From positions 192,001-256,000 of the forward strand of contig JAWBBK010000001.1 of the NCBI GenBank assembly GCA_038824665.1: DNA of 64,000 nucleotides, written 5' to 3'. Under the pieces are notes generated by a model. The model did no database searches, was not told the DNA's origin, and saw nothing but the letters and a program-made list of their open reading frames with translations. The position numbers were made by a program, and so were the translations under genes. Below, piece by piece: positions 29,924 through 40,309 of this stretch. The number at the start of each line of letters is the position of its first letter. Within the stretch, counting starts at the first letter, position 1. Source of the DNA: Acidilobaceae archaeon. Lineage in GTDB: Archaea; Thermoproteota; Thermoprotei_A; Sulfolobales; Acidilobaceae.

Positions 29924-30622
29924 CTAGGACTCTTCGATCTTGACTACTATAGGTTGAGCCTGTTGTTGTGCTTTAGGCTGAGCATGTTGCTGTTGTGTCT
30001 TCTGGTCTTCTCTAGGAGCTAAAGCGGCTTCTAGAGTCTTCTCTAGCTTCTCTAAGACTCTCTTAGCATCGTTCTTCTCTTCAACTATCTTATCTCTCAT
30101 CTTTCTGAGATGGTTCATGCTCTGATTGTAGACTTTTTCTGAAATCTCTCCGCTGAAGTATAGGATTTGGAGGCTAGCGATAGATCTAGAGACGGTCAGA
30201 GCCTCGTCTTCTAGTGCCGATACTCTCTCTTTAACGACCTTCTTAGCCTCTTCGGCTCTGTTCTTGAGTTCTCTTATCTCTTCGGCTATGTTTCTCTTGA
30301 AGCCTTCTAAGAGTTCTCCTGGAAGGTCTGTAGACGACATAGAGTCTAAGGCCTTCCGCCTTCTGTAAGCTCTATCTAGAGCTTCTATCACCGACGTGGC
30401 TAGATGTCTCCAAAACGGGATCACGACTAGCTTACCGTCTTTTAAGGTTAGCCTCTCAACCGGGATGGTCTCAACAGCTCTATCCGCTATCTTAATGTCA
30501 ATGCTTTTTACGTTTCCGTTCATATCGCTAACGGCTCCTACTAGAGTTCCGATCACTCTACCGTAAACGTCCTCTATCTCAGAGCCTATGAAAGGAGATA
30601 TCGATTCGAGCTTGAGGCTCAT
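29924..30622 (-). CDS. cdvA: CdvA-like cell division protein
   Basis: FIGSEIEDVYGRVIG PRC-barrel start, LDRAYRRRKALD coiled coil, YFSGEISEKVY, C-terminal IVVKI strand. Confidence 0.85.
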   Translation of the reverse strand: MSLKLESISPFIGSEIEDVYGRVIGTLVGAVSDMNGNVKSIDIKIADRAVETIPVERLTLKDGKLVVIPFWRHLATSVIEALDRAYRRRKALDSMSSTDLPGELLEGFKRNIAEEIRELKNRAEEAKKVVKERVSALEDEALTVSRSIASLQILYFSGEISEKVYNQSMNHLRKMRDKIVEEKNDAKRVLEKLEKTLEAALAPREDQKTQQQHAQPKAQQQAQPIVVKIEES

Positions 30623-30726
30623 TAGAGAGCACCTCTCCTCTTGAGGGTCAGTAACACCGAGTATATAGAGGGGAGAGCCGACTATACGGGGGACTCCTCG
30701 GCTAGAAGCCGCGAAGAGATTAGACG

Positions 30727-31404
30727 GTGGTGAACAGGGTGAGTAGGTTAGAGCAGTGGGCCAAAACTTGGAGCGGTCCCGAAGACTCTGAGAGCGTAAT
30801 CAAAAGAGTGAAAGACTTCATAAGCCCTCCGCCTCCAGCTAAGCAACAAATGGTCACAGCGCTCTATAAGATAGGAGCTCAGATAAACAAGCTGGACTAC
30901 AGTCTAGCTAGACTCCAGAGCTACGATAGAACTCTGTTCGAGAAAACAGTGAATTCTCTCGTCGAGGGAGACAAGACGAAGGCTACTATGTATGCTTCTG
31001 AGGTAGCTGAAGTAAGAAAGATGGCTAAAGTGATAATGACTGTAAGGTATGCTCTAGAGAGAGTTAAGATAAGACTTGAGACAGCCATAATGTTTGGAGA
31101 CGTACAGGCCAACCTGGCTCCAGCGGTGAGCGCTCTGAGGCAGGTGATGGGTTACATAAAGGGTATGATGCCAGACGTGTTTACAGAACTTGTAGAGGTC
31201 GACGAAGCCTTACAGGCTGTGCTACTACAGGCTACGGTGACGTCACCAATAGCTTTAGACAACACCTTTGTGACCGAAGAGGCTTCCAAGATACTAAAGG
31301 ATGCAAGCATAATAGCGGAACAGAGACTCAAAGAGAGCTTCCCAGAGCTTCCCAGCTTCGAGAAGATATCTGCAAAAGAGAAGACAAACACTCCTACCTC
31401 TTAA
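30727..31404 (+). CDS. ESCRT-III (Snf7/CdvB-family) protein
   Basis: KATMYASEVAEVRK, ALERVKIRLET, EEASKILKDA..AEQRLKESFPELP; no C-terminal wHTH. Confidence 0.9.
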   Translation: MVNRVSRLEQWAKTWSGPEDSESVIKRVKDFISPPPPAKQQMVTALYKIGAQINKLDYSLARLQSYDRTLFEKTVNSLVEGDKTKATMYASEVAEVRKMAKVIMTVRYALERVKIRLETAIMFGDVQANLAPAVSALRQVMGYIKGMMPDVFTELVEVDEALQAVLLQATVTSPIALDNTFVTEEASKILKDASIIAEQRLKESFPELPSFEKISAKEKTNTPTS

Positions 31405-31514
31405 AACCTGGTCTTCACCATTTTCATTTTTTGTTTTCTTAAGCTTCTTTAGAGACCGTAGCCTCAGTTTTTTAAGCTTCAGTGGTACACTAGGTCTCGA
31501 GGTTTGGTGCATCT

Positions 31515-31904
31515 ATGGCCTGTTTTGTATCGCCTCTAATTACTGGTCTTTTGCTAGTGCTTGTAGCTCGTCGCTCAGAGAAGACAAGAAGACTTCACGA
31601 CTTAGCGATCATGATGGTGGGAGGCTCGCTCCTCCTAGCTACCAAACATGTGCTCGTAGGAGAGCCTCTTATTCCCTTTAGCCTTTCACAGATAGCTTTA
31701 GACGTTTTAGCGATAGGTATTCCTATGGTTTTCGCTACGACAGCTGTCTGGATAGGACTGACGTTAGCCAACAGACGCTTAACTTTTGGAGAGAGATTGA
31801 AGAAAGCTTCGGGCTCTCCTATAGCTAAGACGATAGTGTTGTCCCTCTTAGGATTAATTGTAATGCTGATCGTAGACTTTATTGTAGGACATACGATTTT
31901 CTAG
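31515..31904 (+). CDS. Hypothetical membrane protein
   Basis: MACF start and about 4 hydrophobic segments. Confidence 0.65.
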   Translation: MACFVSPLITGLLLVLVARRSEKTRRLHDLAIMMVGGSLLLATKHVLVGEPLIPFSLSQIALDVLAIGIPMVFATTAVWIGLTLANRRLTFGERLKKASGSPIAKTIVLSLLGLIVMLIVDFIVGHTIF

Positions 31905-32012
31905 AGGTTAGCGAAGACCTTCTCTATAACCCTATACTCTTTATACTTCTGTTCGTTCCTAATCTCGTTAGTATATAACTCTCCTCTCTAGCTTACGATT
32001 TGGGTGGAAGAT

Positions 32013-32126
32013 TTGGGAGGCAGACAAAAGACTACGTTGTTCCATACCAAAGAGTCGGTTGCTAAAGAGATAGAGCAGTCGGTAACTAAAGGAAAGACTA
32101 AGAAAGAGACCAGCAAGAGCAAATAG
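32013..32126 (+). CDS. Small basic protein, 37 aa (not in ORF track)
   Basis: SD GGGTGG, then TTG; MGGRQKTTLFHTKESVAKEIEQSVTKGKTKKETSKSK. Confidence 0.4.
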   Translation: MGGRQKTTLFHTKESVAKEIEQSVTKGKTKKETSKSK

Positions 32127-32199
32127 AGCGAACCCCTTTTAAGCTATCTCACTCCGACATCGTTACCTCTTCCCTCTGTTAGTAGAGGGCGTTTTCACT

Positions 32200-33051
32200 A
32201 TGGGCTGTTTTGTCTGGCCCCCTCCAAAGAGGAGACTTAAGCTGTCTGTAGGCGTTCCTGGAAGCGTTCTAGGCGTAGAGGAGACCCTCCAGCTGAAGGC
32301 AGTGAAAGCTGGATGGATTGGAAGGACGCTGGCGGCGTTCAGAGTTGACGAATGCATAGTCTACAAAGACCCAGACACTAGCCCGAGAGACGCTAGACTT
32401 CTTGTTTTGTATTTAAGATATATGTTGACTCCTCCTCATCTCAGAAAGAAGGTAATTCCGTTAACCGGGGAGTTAAGAGCTTCAGGAGTTCTACCTCCTC
32501 TTAATACATATAATCATCTAGCTCCAGAAGAGCCAAAAGAAGGAGACGTTCTAGAGGTGTTTGTTGAAGAGTGTTCGAGAGAGACATGTAGAGCCTATTT
32601 AGGCAAGCCAGGTTATGGAGTCTTAAGGGGCAGACATGAGCCAGGCTCTATCGTCGTAGCTAGAGTGGTTTCTTCAACAGGTGGGAGATACGAGCTAGAA
32701 AAAGCTAGCTGGGGGGATATCTATACAGGATTTAGGATCAGAGCATTTAAAGACGTTGTTCAGGTCGTGAACTACTTGAGAAAGAAGGGAACACTTGTAG
32801 TTCTAGCCAGTAAATACGGTAGATGTTTGTTCGAACAAGCGGATGCTCTCAAGAAAGCGATCACAGATAGGGGGAGAGTAGGAGTGGTATTCGGAGGTCC
32901 ATATAGATGTCCCTACGAGTACAGTGACCGTTCGCTCTATGATTTCATAATCAACACCGTTCCGAGACAGGGAACGATGACTGTTAGAACAGAAGAGGCT
33001 CTATTAGCCACTCTCTCAGCTATGGCAAACTCTGGAGTGCTTCAGGACTAG
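32200..33051 (+). CDS. SPOUT methyltransferase (DUF171 family)
   Basis: YMLTPPHLRK, GVLPPLN, VFGGP, NTVPRQGTMTVRTEEA; usual position upstream of rpl3. Confidence 0.88.
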   Translation: MGCFVWPPPKRRLKLSVGVPGSVLGVEETLQLKAVKAGWIGRTLAAFRVDECIVYKDPDTSPRDARLLVLYLRYMLTPPHLRKKVIPLTGELRASGVLPPLNTYNHLAPEEPKEGDVLEVFVEECSRETCRAYLGKPGYGVLRGRHEPGSIVVARVVSSTGGRYELEKASWGDIYTGFRIRAFKDVVQVVNYLRKKGTLVVLASKYGRCLFEQADALKKAITDRGRVGVVFGGPYRCPYEYSDRSLYDFIINTVPRQGTMTVRTEEALLATLSAMANSGVLQD

Positions 33052-33123
33052 AGAGCTTCAGTCACTAGAACATCCGTGTTTTTAAGGTTTGGGAAAGCTG
33101 TGACTCGTCTGAGGGGTATTTGA

Positions 33124-34161
33124 ATGGGCGCTAGAAAGCAACACGCACCTAGAAGAGGAAGTCTAGGGTTCTCTCCACGCAAGAGAGCAGCGAGACTAGT
33201 TCCAAGAGTTAAGTCGTGGCCTAAGGTGAATACGAATAGACCTACTCTCTTAGCCTTCCTAGGCTACAAGGCCGGAATGACTCATGTCTTCATAGTAGAC
33301 GAAATGCCTACGAGCCCTACTTTCGGCAAAGAGATATTCGTTCCCGTGACTGTGGTAGAGACTCCACCTATGATAGCTTTAGCCGTAAGACTCTATGGGA
33401 GAGACTCCAACAGAGGTCTCTACACGCTAGGTGAGGCCTGGGTCTCCCCGCCTTCTGAACTCGAAATAGAAAGGAAGATCTCAACTTTCAGTTCCGGCAA
33501 CACAGAAGAGTCTCTTAGAAAACTCGAGAGCCTTCTACCCAAAGCTGTAGACGTAAGGCTGATCTTGGCTTCTCAGCCTAAGCTTACCGGAGGCTTAGAG
33601 AAGAAAAAGCCCGACCTTTTAGAGGTCAAAGTAGGTGGCGTTGGCGACATAAATGTTCTTTTTGATTATGCAGTTTCCAAGCTTGGGAAAGAGATAAGAG
33701 TAAACGAGGTGTTCTCAGCTGGAATGCTAGTAGATGTGATAGGAGTGACTAAAGGCAAAGGATTTCAAGGAGTGATCAAAAGATGGGGAGTAAAGGAGCT
33801 CCCCCGATGGCATAAACACAGAAAGGGAAGCAGAAGCGGACCTGGAGCTCGCTTCTCGGCTGTAGGAACTTGGTGGGAAGCTCCTCAAGCCGGACAGATG
33901 GGATATCACAGAAGAACTGAGTACAACAAGAAGATCCTCACTATAGGCTTCAACGGCTTCGAGATAACTCCTGCAGGAGGCTTTCTACATTACGGCTTAG
34001 TAAGGTCTGACTACGTGGTTTTAGCCGGTAGTGTCTTCGGTCCTCCGAAAAGACCTGTGGTGCTCAGATGGCCGATAAGGCCGCCTAAGCAGTACTTAGT
34101 CCACGGGGCTTTACAGCCCAAGATCGTTTATACAAGTCTTGAGAGCAAACAAGGAGCTTAA
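33124..34161 (+). CDS. rpl3: 50S ribosomal protein L3
   Basis: PRRGSLGFSPRKRA, GYKAGMTH, TKGKGFQG. Confidence 0.97.
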   Translation: MGARKQHAPRRGSLGFSPRKRAARLVPRVKSWPKVNTNRPTLLAFLGYKAGMTHVFIVDEMPTSPTFGKEIFVPVTVVETPPMIALAVRLYGRDSNRGLYTLGEAWVSPPSELEIERKISTFSSGNTEESLRKLESLLPKAVDVRLILASQPKLTGGLEKKKPDLLEVKVGGVGDINVLFDYAVSKLGKEIRVNEVFSAGMLVDVIGVTKGKGFQGVIKRWGVKELPRWHKHRKGSRSGPGARFSAVGTWWEAPQAGQMGYHRRTEYNKKILTIGFNGFEITPAGGFLHYGLVRSDYVVLAGSVFGPPKRPVVLRWPIRPPKQYLVHGALQPKIVYTSLESKQGA

Positions 34162-34174
34162 GAGGTGTGAATTC

Positions 34175-34990
34175 ATGATCACGTATATGGCTCTATACCT
34201 CAAGCCTTCGGTCTCAACATCTATATACAATTCGAAAGGAGAGGTCGTAGGAGAAATAGAGCTACCGAACGTTTTCAGACTTCCTGTAAGAACTGATCTA
34301 ATACGTAGAGTCTTTCTCAGCGAGTTCACTATGAGGCTTCAGCCTAAAGGCAGAGACCCTATGGCAGGTAAGAGAACGACAGCAGAAAGCCTCGGAATAG
34401 GATACGGCTTAGCTAGAGTTCCTAGAATAAAAGGCTCAACAAGAGCTGCCTTCATAGGCTCAGCTAGAGGAGGTATGGCTACATTTCCTCCCAGAGTAGA
34501 AAAAGTTCTATGGGAACGAGTCAACAAGAAAGAGAAGTTGTTAGCTACAGCCAGCGCTCTTTCAGCCACTGCAGAAATAGAACTAGTTAGAGCGAGAGGA
34601 CATAGATTCAGCGCGTCCAAAGTTCCAATAGTTATTGAGTCTTTAGTGCTTAACTCTATCTCTAAAACCAGAGATGCTGTAGACTTGCTCAAAAAGCTCG
34701 GAGTTTATGAAGATGTTGAAAGAGCAGCAGAAAGAACTAGATGGAGAGCCGGGAGGGGCAAAACAAGAGGCAGGAGATACAAAGAGCCTAGAAGCGTGCT
34801 CTTCATAGTTGACGATCACAGAGCTCCATTCTCTCGAGCAGTAGCTGGGCTACCGGGAGTAGATGTAGCCACTCCCAACTTTGTCAACGTCTTGTTGTTA
34901 GCTCCTGGAGGTCATCCTGGTAGGCTCACAGTGATCACAGACTCCTCTTTAGCTCAACTCAAGAAACGTTTTGAGGTGTTAGGATTATGA
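34175..34990 (+). CDS. rpl4: 50S ribosomal protein L4
   Basis: [27 protein letters not shown]; ATG 34175 behind SD GAGGTG. Confidence 0.96.
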   Translation: MITYMALYLKPSVSTSIYNSKGEVVGEIELPNVFRLPVRTDLIRRVFLSEFTMRLQPKGRDPMAGKRTTAESLGIGYGLARVPRIKGSTRAAFIGSARGGMATFPPRVEKVLWERVNKKEKLLATASALSATAEIELVRARGHRFSASKVPIVIESLVLNSISKTRDAVDLLKKLGVYEDVERAAERTRWRAGRGKTRGRRYKEPRSVLFIVDDHRAPFSRAVAGLPGVDVATPNFVNVLLLAPGGHPGRLTVITDSSLAQLKKRFEVLGL

Positions 34991-35253
34991 GCAGAGACCC
35001 GCTTACAGTGATATTGAGAGCACACTATTCAGAGAAAGCAGCCAAACTTATGGACCGTGAGAACACGTTAGTTCTCATAGTAGATAGAAGAGCTACGAAA
35101 CATGACGTGAAGAGAGCTGTAGAAGAACTCTTTAAAGTTGAGGTAGAAGAGGTCAGAACTCTAATAACTCCTAGAGGCGAAAAGAAGGCTTATGTCAAAC
35201 TAGCTCCTCAGTATAAGGCTAGAGACGTGGCTGCTAGCCTAGGCGTTCTGTGA
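34987..35253 (+). CDS. rpl23: 50S ribosomal protein L23
   Basis: [27 protein letters not shown]. Confidence 0.96.
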   Translation: MSRDPLTVILRAHYSEKAAKLMDRENTLVLIVDRRATKHDVKRAVEELFKVEVEEVRTLITPRGEKKAYVKLAPQYKARDVAASLGVL

Positions 35254-36162
35254 TCTCTTCTCCTCACTGAGAGCCTCTAATATTTTCTCAACTACTCTCA
35301 TAAAGGCCTGGCTTGACTCTCTTTCAGGAGCTCCTACGACTATAGGAACTCCTCGGTCTTCAAACATCCTTATCTCCGGGTCTAGAGGGATAGCTCCCAA
35401 AAACCTAGTGGAGAGCTCTTTAGCGAGTCTCTCTCCTTTGCTTTCTCCAAAGACGTAGATTATCTCTCCTGAGCTTCCACATCTGAGATAGCTCATGTTT
35501 TCAACTATCCCAAGAATAGGAGCTTTCAGTTGACGAGCGAAACTAGCTGCTTTTCTCACTACAGATACAGATATCTCAGAGGGAGTAGTGACTAGCACTA
35601 TACCAGCTATCTCTCTTGGGATCATCTGGATAAGGGTGAGCACTTCATCTCCTGTTCCTGGAGGGGTGTCTACCAAAAGGAAGTCTAGTTCTCCCCAGTC
35701 TACGTAAGCTAAGAGTTCGTTAACTGCAGATGCTTTTATCGGTCCTCTCCATATTACAGCATCGTCATCAGATTTAAGTAACAGTCCTATAGATACCACC
35801 TTGATCCCAAGAGGCTGAACGGTCACTGGAATCACAGAGCCGTCGAGAGCGACCGGGAGTCCCATGCCGGTAGAGAGCCCTAACAGCTTGTGAACAGAGG
35901 GACCGTGGAAGTCTATATCGAACACTCCAACCCTAGCTCCTTTGAGAGCGAGACCTGCAGCTACGTTGGTTGTGACTATGCTCTTGCCTACGCCTCCTTT
36001 AGTGCTCGTTATGATGATTATGTGTTTGACCTTCTCGAGGTTTTTTAAAGCGGTTCTTCTAAGCTCCTGATATCTTTTCATGTGTTCAGCTATTTGACGA
36101 TAGCTTCGTCCTTCTGGGCTTTCTCTTATCCTGAGGTTCTCTCTTTCTCTCTCTTCGCTCAA
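35239..36162 (-). CDS. Mrp/NBP35 Fe-S cluster carrier ATPase
   Basis: [37 protein letters not shown]. Confidence 0.92.
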   Translation of the reverse strand: MSEERERENLRIRESPEGRSYRQIAEHMKRYQELRRTALKNLEKVKHIIIITSTKGGVGKSIVTTNVAAGLALKGARVGVFDIDFHGPSVHKLLGLSTGMGLPVALDGSVIPVTVQPLGIKVVSIGLLLKSDDDAVIWRGPIKASAVNELLAYVDWGELDFLLVDTPPGTGDEVLTLIQMIPREIAGIVLVTTPSEISVSVVRKAASFARQLKAPILGIVENMSYLRCGSSGEIIYVFGESKGERLAKELSTRFLGAIPLDPEIRMFEDRGVPIVVGAPERESSQAFMRVVEKILEALSEEKRSQNA

Positions 36163-36249
36163 AGTCTTCTCCTCGAGATACAGAGGTCTCCGAGGGCTTT
36201 ATGAGAGAGGTTTTTATTTTCAGTCACAGATCGGACCTTCGGGACGACT

Positions 36250-37587
36250 TTGACTGTAAGACTAGCTCTGGTCTCTAAGTTTAGAGACGTAGATGCAGAC
36301 GTTCTTTCTGCTTTGAGGTCTTTGGACTATGATGTTTTTGTAGTCATAGTAGACTCTTTACACCCCATTGTAGTTTCAGAGGCTTTAAAAAATGTAAACT
36401 ACGACTATGCTGTGGTTCCTGGAACTAGCCCCTTTGATTACAGCGGACTTCGAAGAGTAGTTAAAGGAACGACTTCTCTTAAGCTCTTGCCTCGTCTGTT
36501 GAAGTACGTAAGCGTCGAGAGTTTGAGTCCTTCTTTAAGCGCTGAGAGAGCTCTTGAGGAAAGCCTGGTCTATAAGGCTCTTTCAGAGACGTTGAACGAG
36601 ATAGCTGGAAAAACGAAGTGGTTGAAAGCAGGCGACGTTAGATTACCGATACGTCCTCCGCCTGTGGTAGTTTTTTCTGATATCTATATCGCTCCTCCTA
36701 TCGATTTAGAACGTATAGCCAGAGAGGTCAGATACAGAGAATGGTCAGGAGCTGACGCTATAGTTTTGAGCTTCGACCCCCTTGTTGAAGAAGAAGAGAT
36801 TCTCAAAGTCTTTAAGAAAGCGTTAGAAGAGGTAGAGGTTCCTGTGGCTGTAGACACAACAAGATTCGAGACTCTTATTAAAGCTGTTGACTTAGGAGCT
36901 CCAATAGTTTTCAGCTTAACTCTAGACGCGCTTTCTGATGTGCCGAGCGGACTCAGAGATAGAGCCTTCTACGTAGTGATACCGCGTTCGTTTAGAAGCT
37001 GGAGGTCCAGAGCTGAAGAGCTAGCTCGAGTCTGTGCTTTAGCTTATGAATTAAACGTTAACGTAATACTAGACCCTCTTCTTCATCCTTTTCTACATCC
37101 CGGAGCTCTGGAAGGACTCATGACAGTTAAGCTTGTCAAAGAGTTCGAACAGTGTAAAGACTATCCGGTGTTGTTAGGATTAAACAACGCAGTAGAGCTA
37201 GCAGATGTAGACACTCATGCCTCTACAGCTACATTGTTGTTCTTAGCTGCAGAGGCTGGAGCATCTTTGGTCATGGTAGGCGAGGAGAGCTACAAAGCTA
37301 GAGCTTCAACTCTAGAAGCTAAACTGGCTTCCGTTTTGACCTCTTTGGCTCTAAGTCTTGGAAGTCCACCTAAAGACCTTCCGCTCAATCTCCTCAAGCT
37401 TAAAGGGAAGAGTCCTCGGGAGGACATCAAATACTTGGGTTCTGCTGTCTTTAGTGTCTTTGGAGAAGTAGTTGACTGCAGGTCAAGAGAAGACGTAGAG
37501 CTATGTCGTGAATGGAACTTAAAGCGGTCTCAAAAAGAACTCCTCCTCAAGTATTCTAATCTATTTAAGCTTAGAGACAGAAGATAG
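36250..37587 (+). CDS. Dihydropteroate synthase-like protein
   Basis: PVAVDT, ILDPLL, LLGLNNAVELADVD, EESYKA. Confidence 0.75.
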   Translation: MTVRLALVSKFRDVDADVLSALRSLDYDVFVVIVDSLHPIVVSEALKNVNYDYAVVPGTSPFDYSGLRRVVKGTTSLKLLPRLLKYVSVESLSPSLSAERALEESLVYKALSETLNEIAGKTKWLKAGDVRLPIRPPPVVVFSDIYIAPPIDLERIAREVRYREWSGADAIVLSFDPLVEEEEILKVFKKALEEVEVPVAVDTTRFETLIKAVDLGAPIVFSLTLDALSDVPSGLRDRAFYVVIPRSFRSWRSRAEELARVCALAYELNVNVILDPLLHPFLHPGALEGLMTVKLVKEFEQCKDYPVLLGLNNAVELADVDTHASTATLLFLAAEAGASLVMVGEESYKARASTLEAKLASVLTSLALSLGSPPKDLPLNLLKLKGKSPREDIKYLGSAVFSVFGEVVDCRSREDVELCREWNLKRSQKELLLKYSNLFKLRDRR

Positions 37588-37640
37588 AAGAGGATCATGG
37601 TCTCAAAGTCCTAGCGATATAGAACTCAAGGTGACGAGCT

Positions 37641-38696
37641 TTGTATGATGTCGTTGTGGTTGGGAGCGGGATATCAGGCATGTCTTTAGCTTACCTGCTA
37701 GCCAAGAAGAGACTTAAAGTAGCTCTAATCGGTCCTGTTGAACTCTCAGAACTCCTTGGAGAAAGCACTGCAGGTATTTTGACCTACCACTTGAGAGAAC
37801 CTTTCTTGAGTTGGGCTTTACGTACATACGAGATCTACAAGGAGGTAAAAGAGGACGCTATTGAAAAAGTTGAGACGCTATGGTTAATAAATAATGACGA
37901 ATTCTTTAAAGAGGTCACATCAAAGGCTTCAGAGCACGGACTAAGAGTGCAAGAAGTCTCTGAAAAGGAGGTCTCTGAAGTTACTGGAGGCAGAGTGAAG
38001 GTCGAGAACGGAGAGATTGCGGCTTTAGGAGACGGTCTGAAATACAACGTAAAGAAACTACACAGAGCTTTTATCGATAAGCTTAGCGAGCTAGAAGTAG
38101 ACGTGATCAGCAAGTGGGCAGAGCTTAGAGACTCTAGAGTTCTTGTCGACGGAGAAGAGATCAGAGGCAGAGCAGTAGTTGTGGCTAGCGGTCCTTGGAC
38201 TAGAGAACTCTTAAACTTGAGAAATCTAACTATTTACAAATGTCAACTCTCTAAAATACCGCAAGAGTTACATATTTCGGTAATCGATGACGTCCTTGGA
38301 TTCTATTATAATGTTCTCTCTGAAGGGATAGCCGCTTTAGGAGATGGAATCGAAGTTGTCGTAGACGATATTGTCAAAGCTATAGAGCCTGATGAAGACG
38401 TGCTAATTAGTGTTGTGAATAAAGCCATTAAGAGAGGAGTTTTGAGTAAATTGCCTAAGGACTTTAAGATGGTTTCAGCTCCTTGTATCGGTACTAGCGA
38501 CGGGCTCCCCGTTGTAGGGAAAGTAGGAGAGAACCTTTACGTGATCACAGGCTTCAATGGGATTGGCTATAGCGTGGCTCCAGCAGTAGCAGAGATCTTG
38601 GTAGAACATATCCTCTACGGAAAAGAGATAGCAGTAGAACTCAGTCCTAATAGAGAGCTAAAAGAGGGAAAAGTTATAGAACCTATAGACATGTAG
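37641..38696 (+). CDS. FAD-dependent oxidoreductase (DAO/sarcosine oxidase family)
   Basis: VVVGSGISG, VASGPW, DGLPVVG, GFNGIG. Confidence 0.88.
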   Translation: MYDVVVVGSGISGMSLAYLLAKKRLKVALIGPVELSELLGESTAGILTYHLREPFLSWALRTYEIYKEVKEDAIEKVETLWLINNDEFFKEVTSKASEHGLRVQEVSEKEVSEVTGGRVKVENGEIAALGDGLKYNVKKLHRAFIDKLSELEVDVISKWAELRDSRVLVDGEEIRGRAVVVASGPWTRELLNLRNLTIYKCQLSKIPQELHISVIDDVLGFYYNVLSEGIAALGDGIEVVVDDIVKAIEPDEDVLISVVNKAIKRGVLSKLPKDFKMVSAPCIGTSDGLPVVGKVGENLYVITGFNGIGYSVAPAVAEILVEHILYGKEIAVELSPNRELKEGKVIEPIDM

Positions 38697-38723
38697 GCGT
38701 TGATTCAAATCTCTTTATAGGTT

Positions 38724-40235
38724 TCAAACGGTCAAGTACTTATCCTCTAAGTACTTCAGGAAGTACTTAGAGCTAAGGCTTTCTCCAAAGCTCTTAGCTA
38801 TCAGCTCGTCTGGCGGGTAAGTGGATCCGTATTTATGTATCTTCTCTTTCAGATAAGACTTCAGATACTCAATGCCGTCTCTCCCTGCAGAAAGGATATC
38901 TGACAGAGTTCTTCGCGACTCCTCCTCTATTTTGCTCTTGATTTGAGCTGAAAGCAAATTTCCTATAGTGTATGTTGGGAAGTATCCTATAAGCGCCTGG
39001 CTCCAGTGGATGTCTTGTAGCACTCCTTCTGAATGGTTGCTTGGTCTGACTCCTAGTAGCTCCTCCATCATGTCGTTCCAGAACTCGGGAAGGTCTGAGA
39101 CCTTGACTTCACCAGCTATGAGCATTCTCTCAAGTTGATATCTGATGTAGATATGAAAGTTGTACGTCACTTCGTCAGCATCTACACGAATGAGGCTAGG
39201 TCTTACGGTATTGAAGTAGAAGAACAAGCTTTCTTCATCGTATCTCTCTAAGAAGTCCAGATGAGACTTGAGTATTGGGTAGACGAGTTTAACGAAAGCT
39301 CTGTTTCTACCTATAACGTTTTCCCAGAACCTGCTCTGACTTTCGTGAACCCCTAGGCTAACTCCTTGAGCTAGAGGAGTAAGCGCGAGTCTCTCGTCGA
39401 TCTGAAGCTCATAAAGAGCGTGTCCAAACTCGTGTATTGTTGAAAACAGAGTTCTCTTGAAGTCAAAACCTTCATATCTAGTCGTTATCCTTACGTCCTT
39501 GAGACCTATATTTGTTGAAAACGGATGAGCGCTTACGTCTAATCTGCCTTTACTCCAGGGATAACCCAGAAGGTTTAGAACATCTTTGTTCGCTCTAGCC
39601 ATCTGGTCTACGTTATACTTTACGTTCTCCAACTCATGAGTTTGAGGATAGATCCCGGAGGAAAGCACCTTGCTTAGAACCTTCTTTAAGCCTGGTACGA
39701 GCTCGGAGAACAGAGCGTTTACAGTCTCATCTCTCAAATTTTCTTCGAAGATATCTAGAAGAGGGTCATAAGGATGCTTATCGTAGCCCAGATGGTTAGC
39801 GACCTCTCTAGCTAATGAGAAGATCTTCTCTAGATGAGGTCTGAAGAGTTCGAAGTCTCCTTTCTTTTTAGCTTCTCTCCATACCTGTGTGGCTTCAGCT
39901 TTAGTTTTTTCTAGCTCGTACTGAAGCTTTTCAGGTATCTTCTTGAGCTTCTCTATGTCTCTTTGGAGAACTCTAACTACCCCTCTTTCATAATCGTTCA
40001 AGCTTTCTTTGTGAGAGATCTTATCTACTAGCGGAGCTATGTTTTGAAGAAGCAGTTTGCGTTCAAGAAGGCGGAGTTCAGCTAAGGCTATAGCTCTCTC
40101 TTCAACGCCTTCAGGTGGCATCGATACTTCAAGGTCCCAGTGAAGAAGACTAGCAGCGTGCTGTAGAGACCAGATAGTTCTATAGCGCTCGAGGATCTCT
40201 TTCACTATTTCGTTTTTGAACAGAGCTTCGCTCAT
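38724..40235 (-). CDS. Carboxypeptidase, M32 family
   Basis: HPF, RITTRY, HEFGH, HESQS, IRVDADE, QDIHW. Confidence 0.95.
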   Translation of the reverse strand: MSEALFKNEIVKEILERYRTIWSLQHAASLLHWDLEVSMPPEGVEERAIALAELRLLERKLLLQNIAPLVDKISHKESLNDYERGVVRVLQRDIEKLKKIPEKLQYELEKTKAEATQVWREAKKKGDFELFRPHLEKIFSLAREVANHLGYDKHPYDPLLDIFEENLRDETVNALFSELVPGLKKVLSKVLSSGIYPQTHELENVKYNVDQMARANKDVLNLLGYPWSKGRLDVSAHPFSTNIGLKDVRITTRYEGFDFKRTLFSTIHEFGHALYELQIDERLALTPLAQGVSLGVHESQSRFWENVIGRNRAFVKLVYPILKSHLDFLERYDEESLFFYFNTVRPSLIRVDADEVTYNFHIYIRYQLERMLIAGEVKVSDLPEFWNDMMEELLGVRPSNHSEGVLQDIHWSQALIGYFPTYTIGNLLSAQIKSKIEEESRRTLSDILSAGRDGIEYLKSYLKEKIHKYGSTYPPDELIAKSFGESLSSKYFLKYLEDKYLTV

Positions 40236-40309
40236 GTGCTCTCACCTCTAGCTTTGTTATCTCAATGGTTTCTGAAGGCTTTAAGAAAAAAGTAACTAAA
40301 TCTGTTTGT

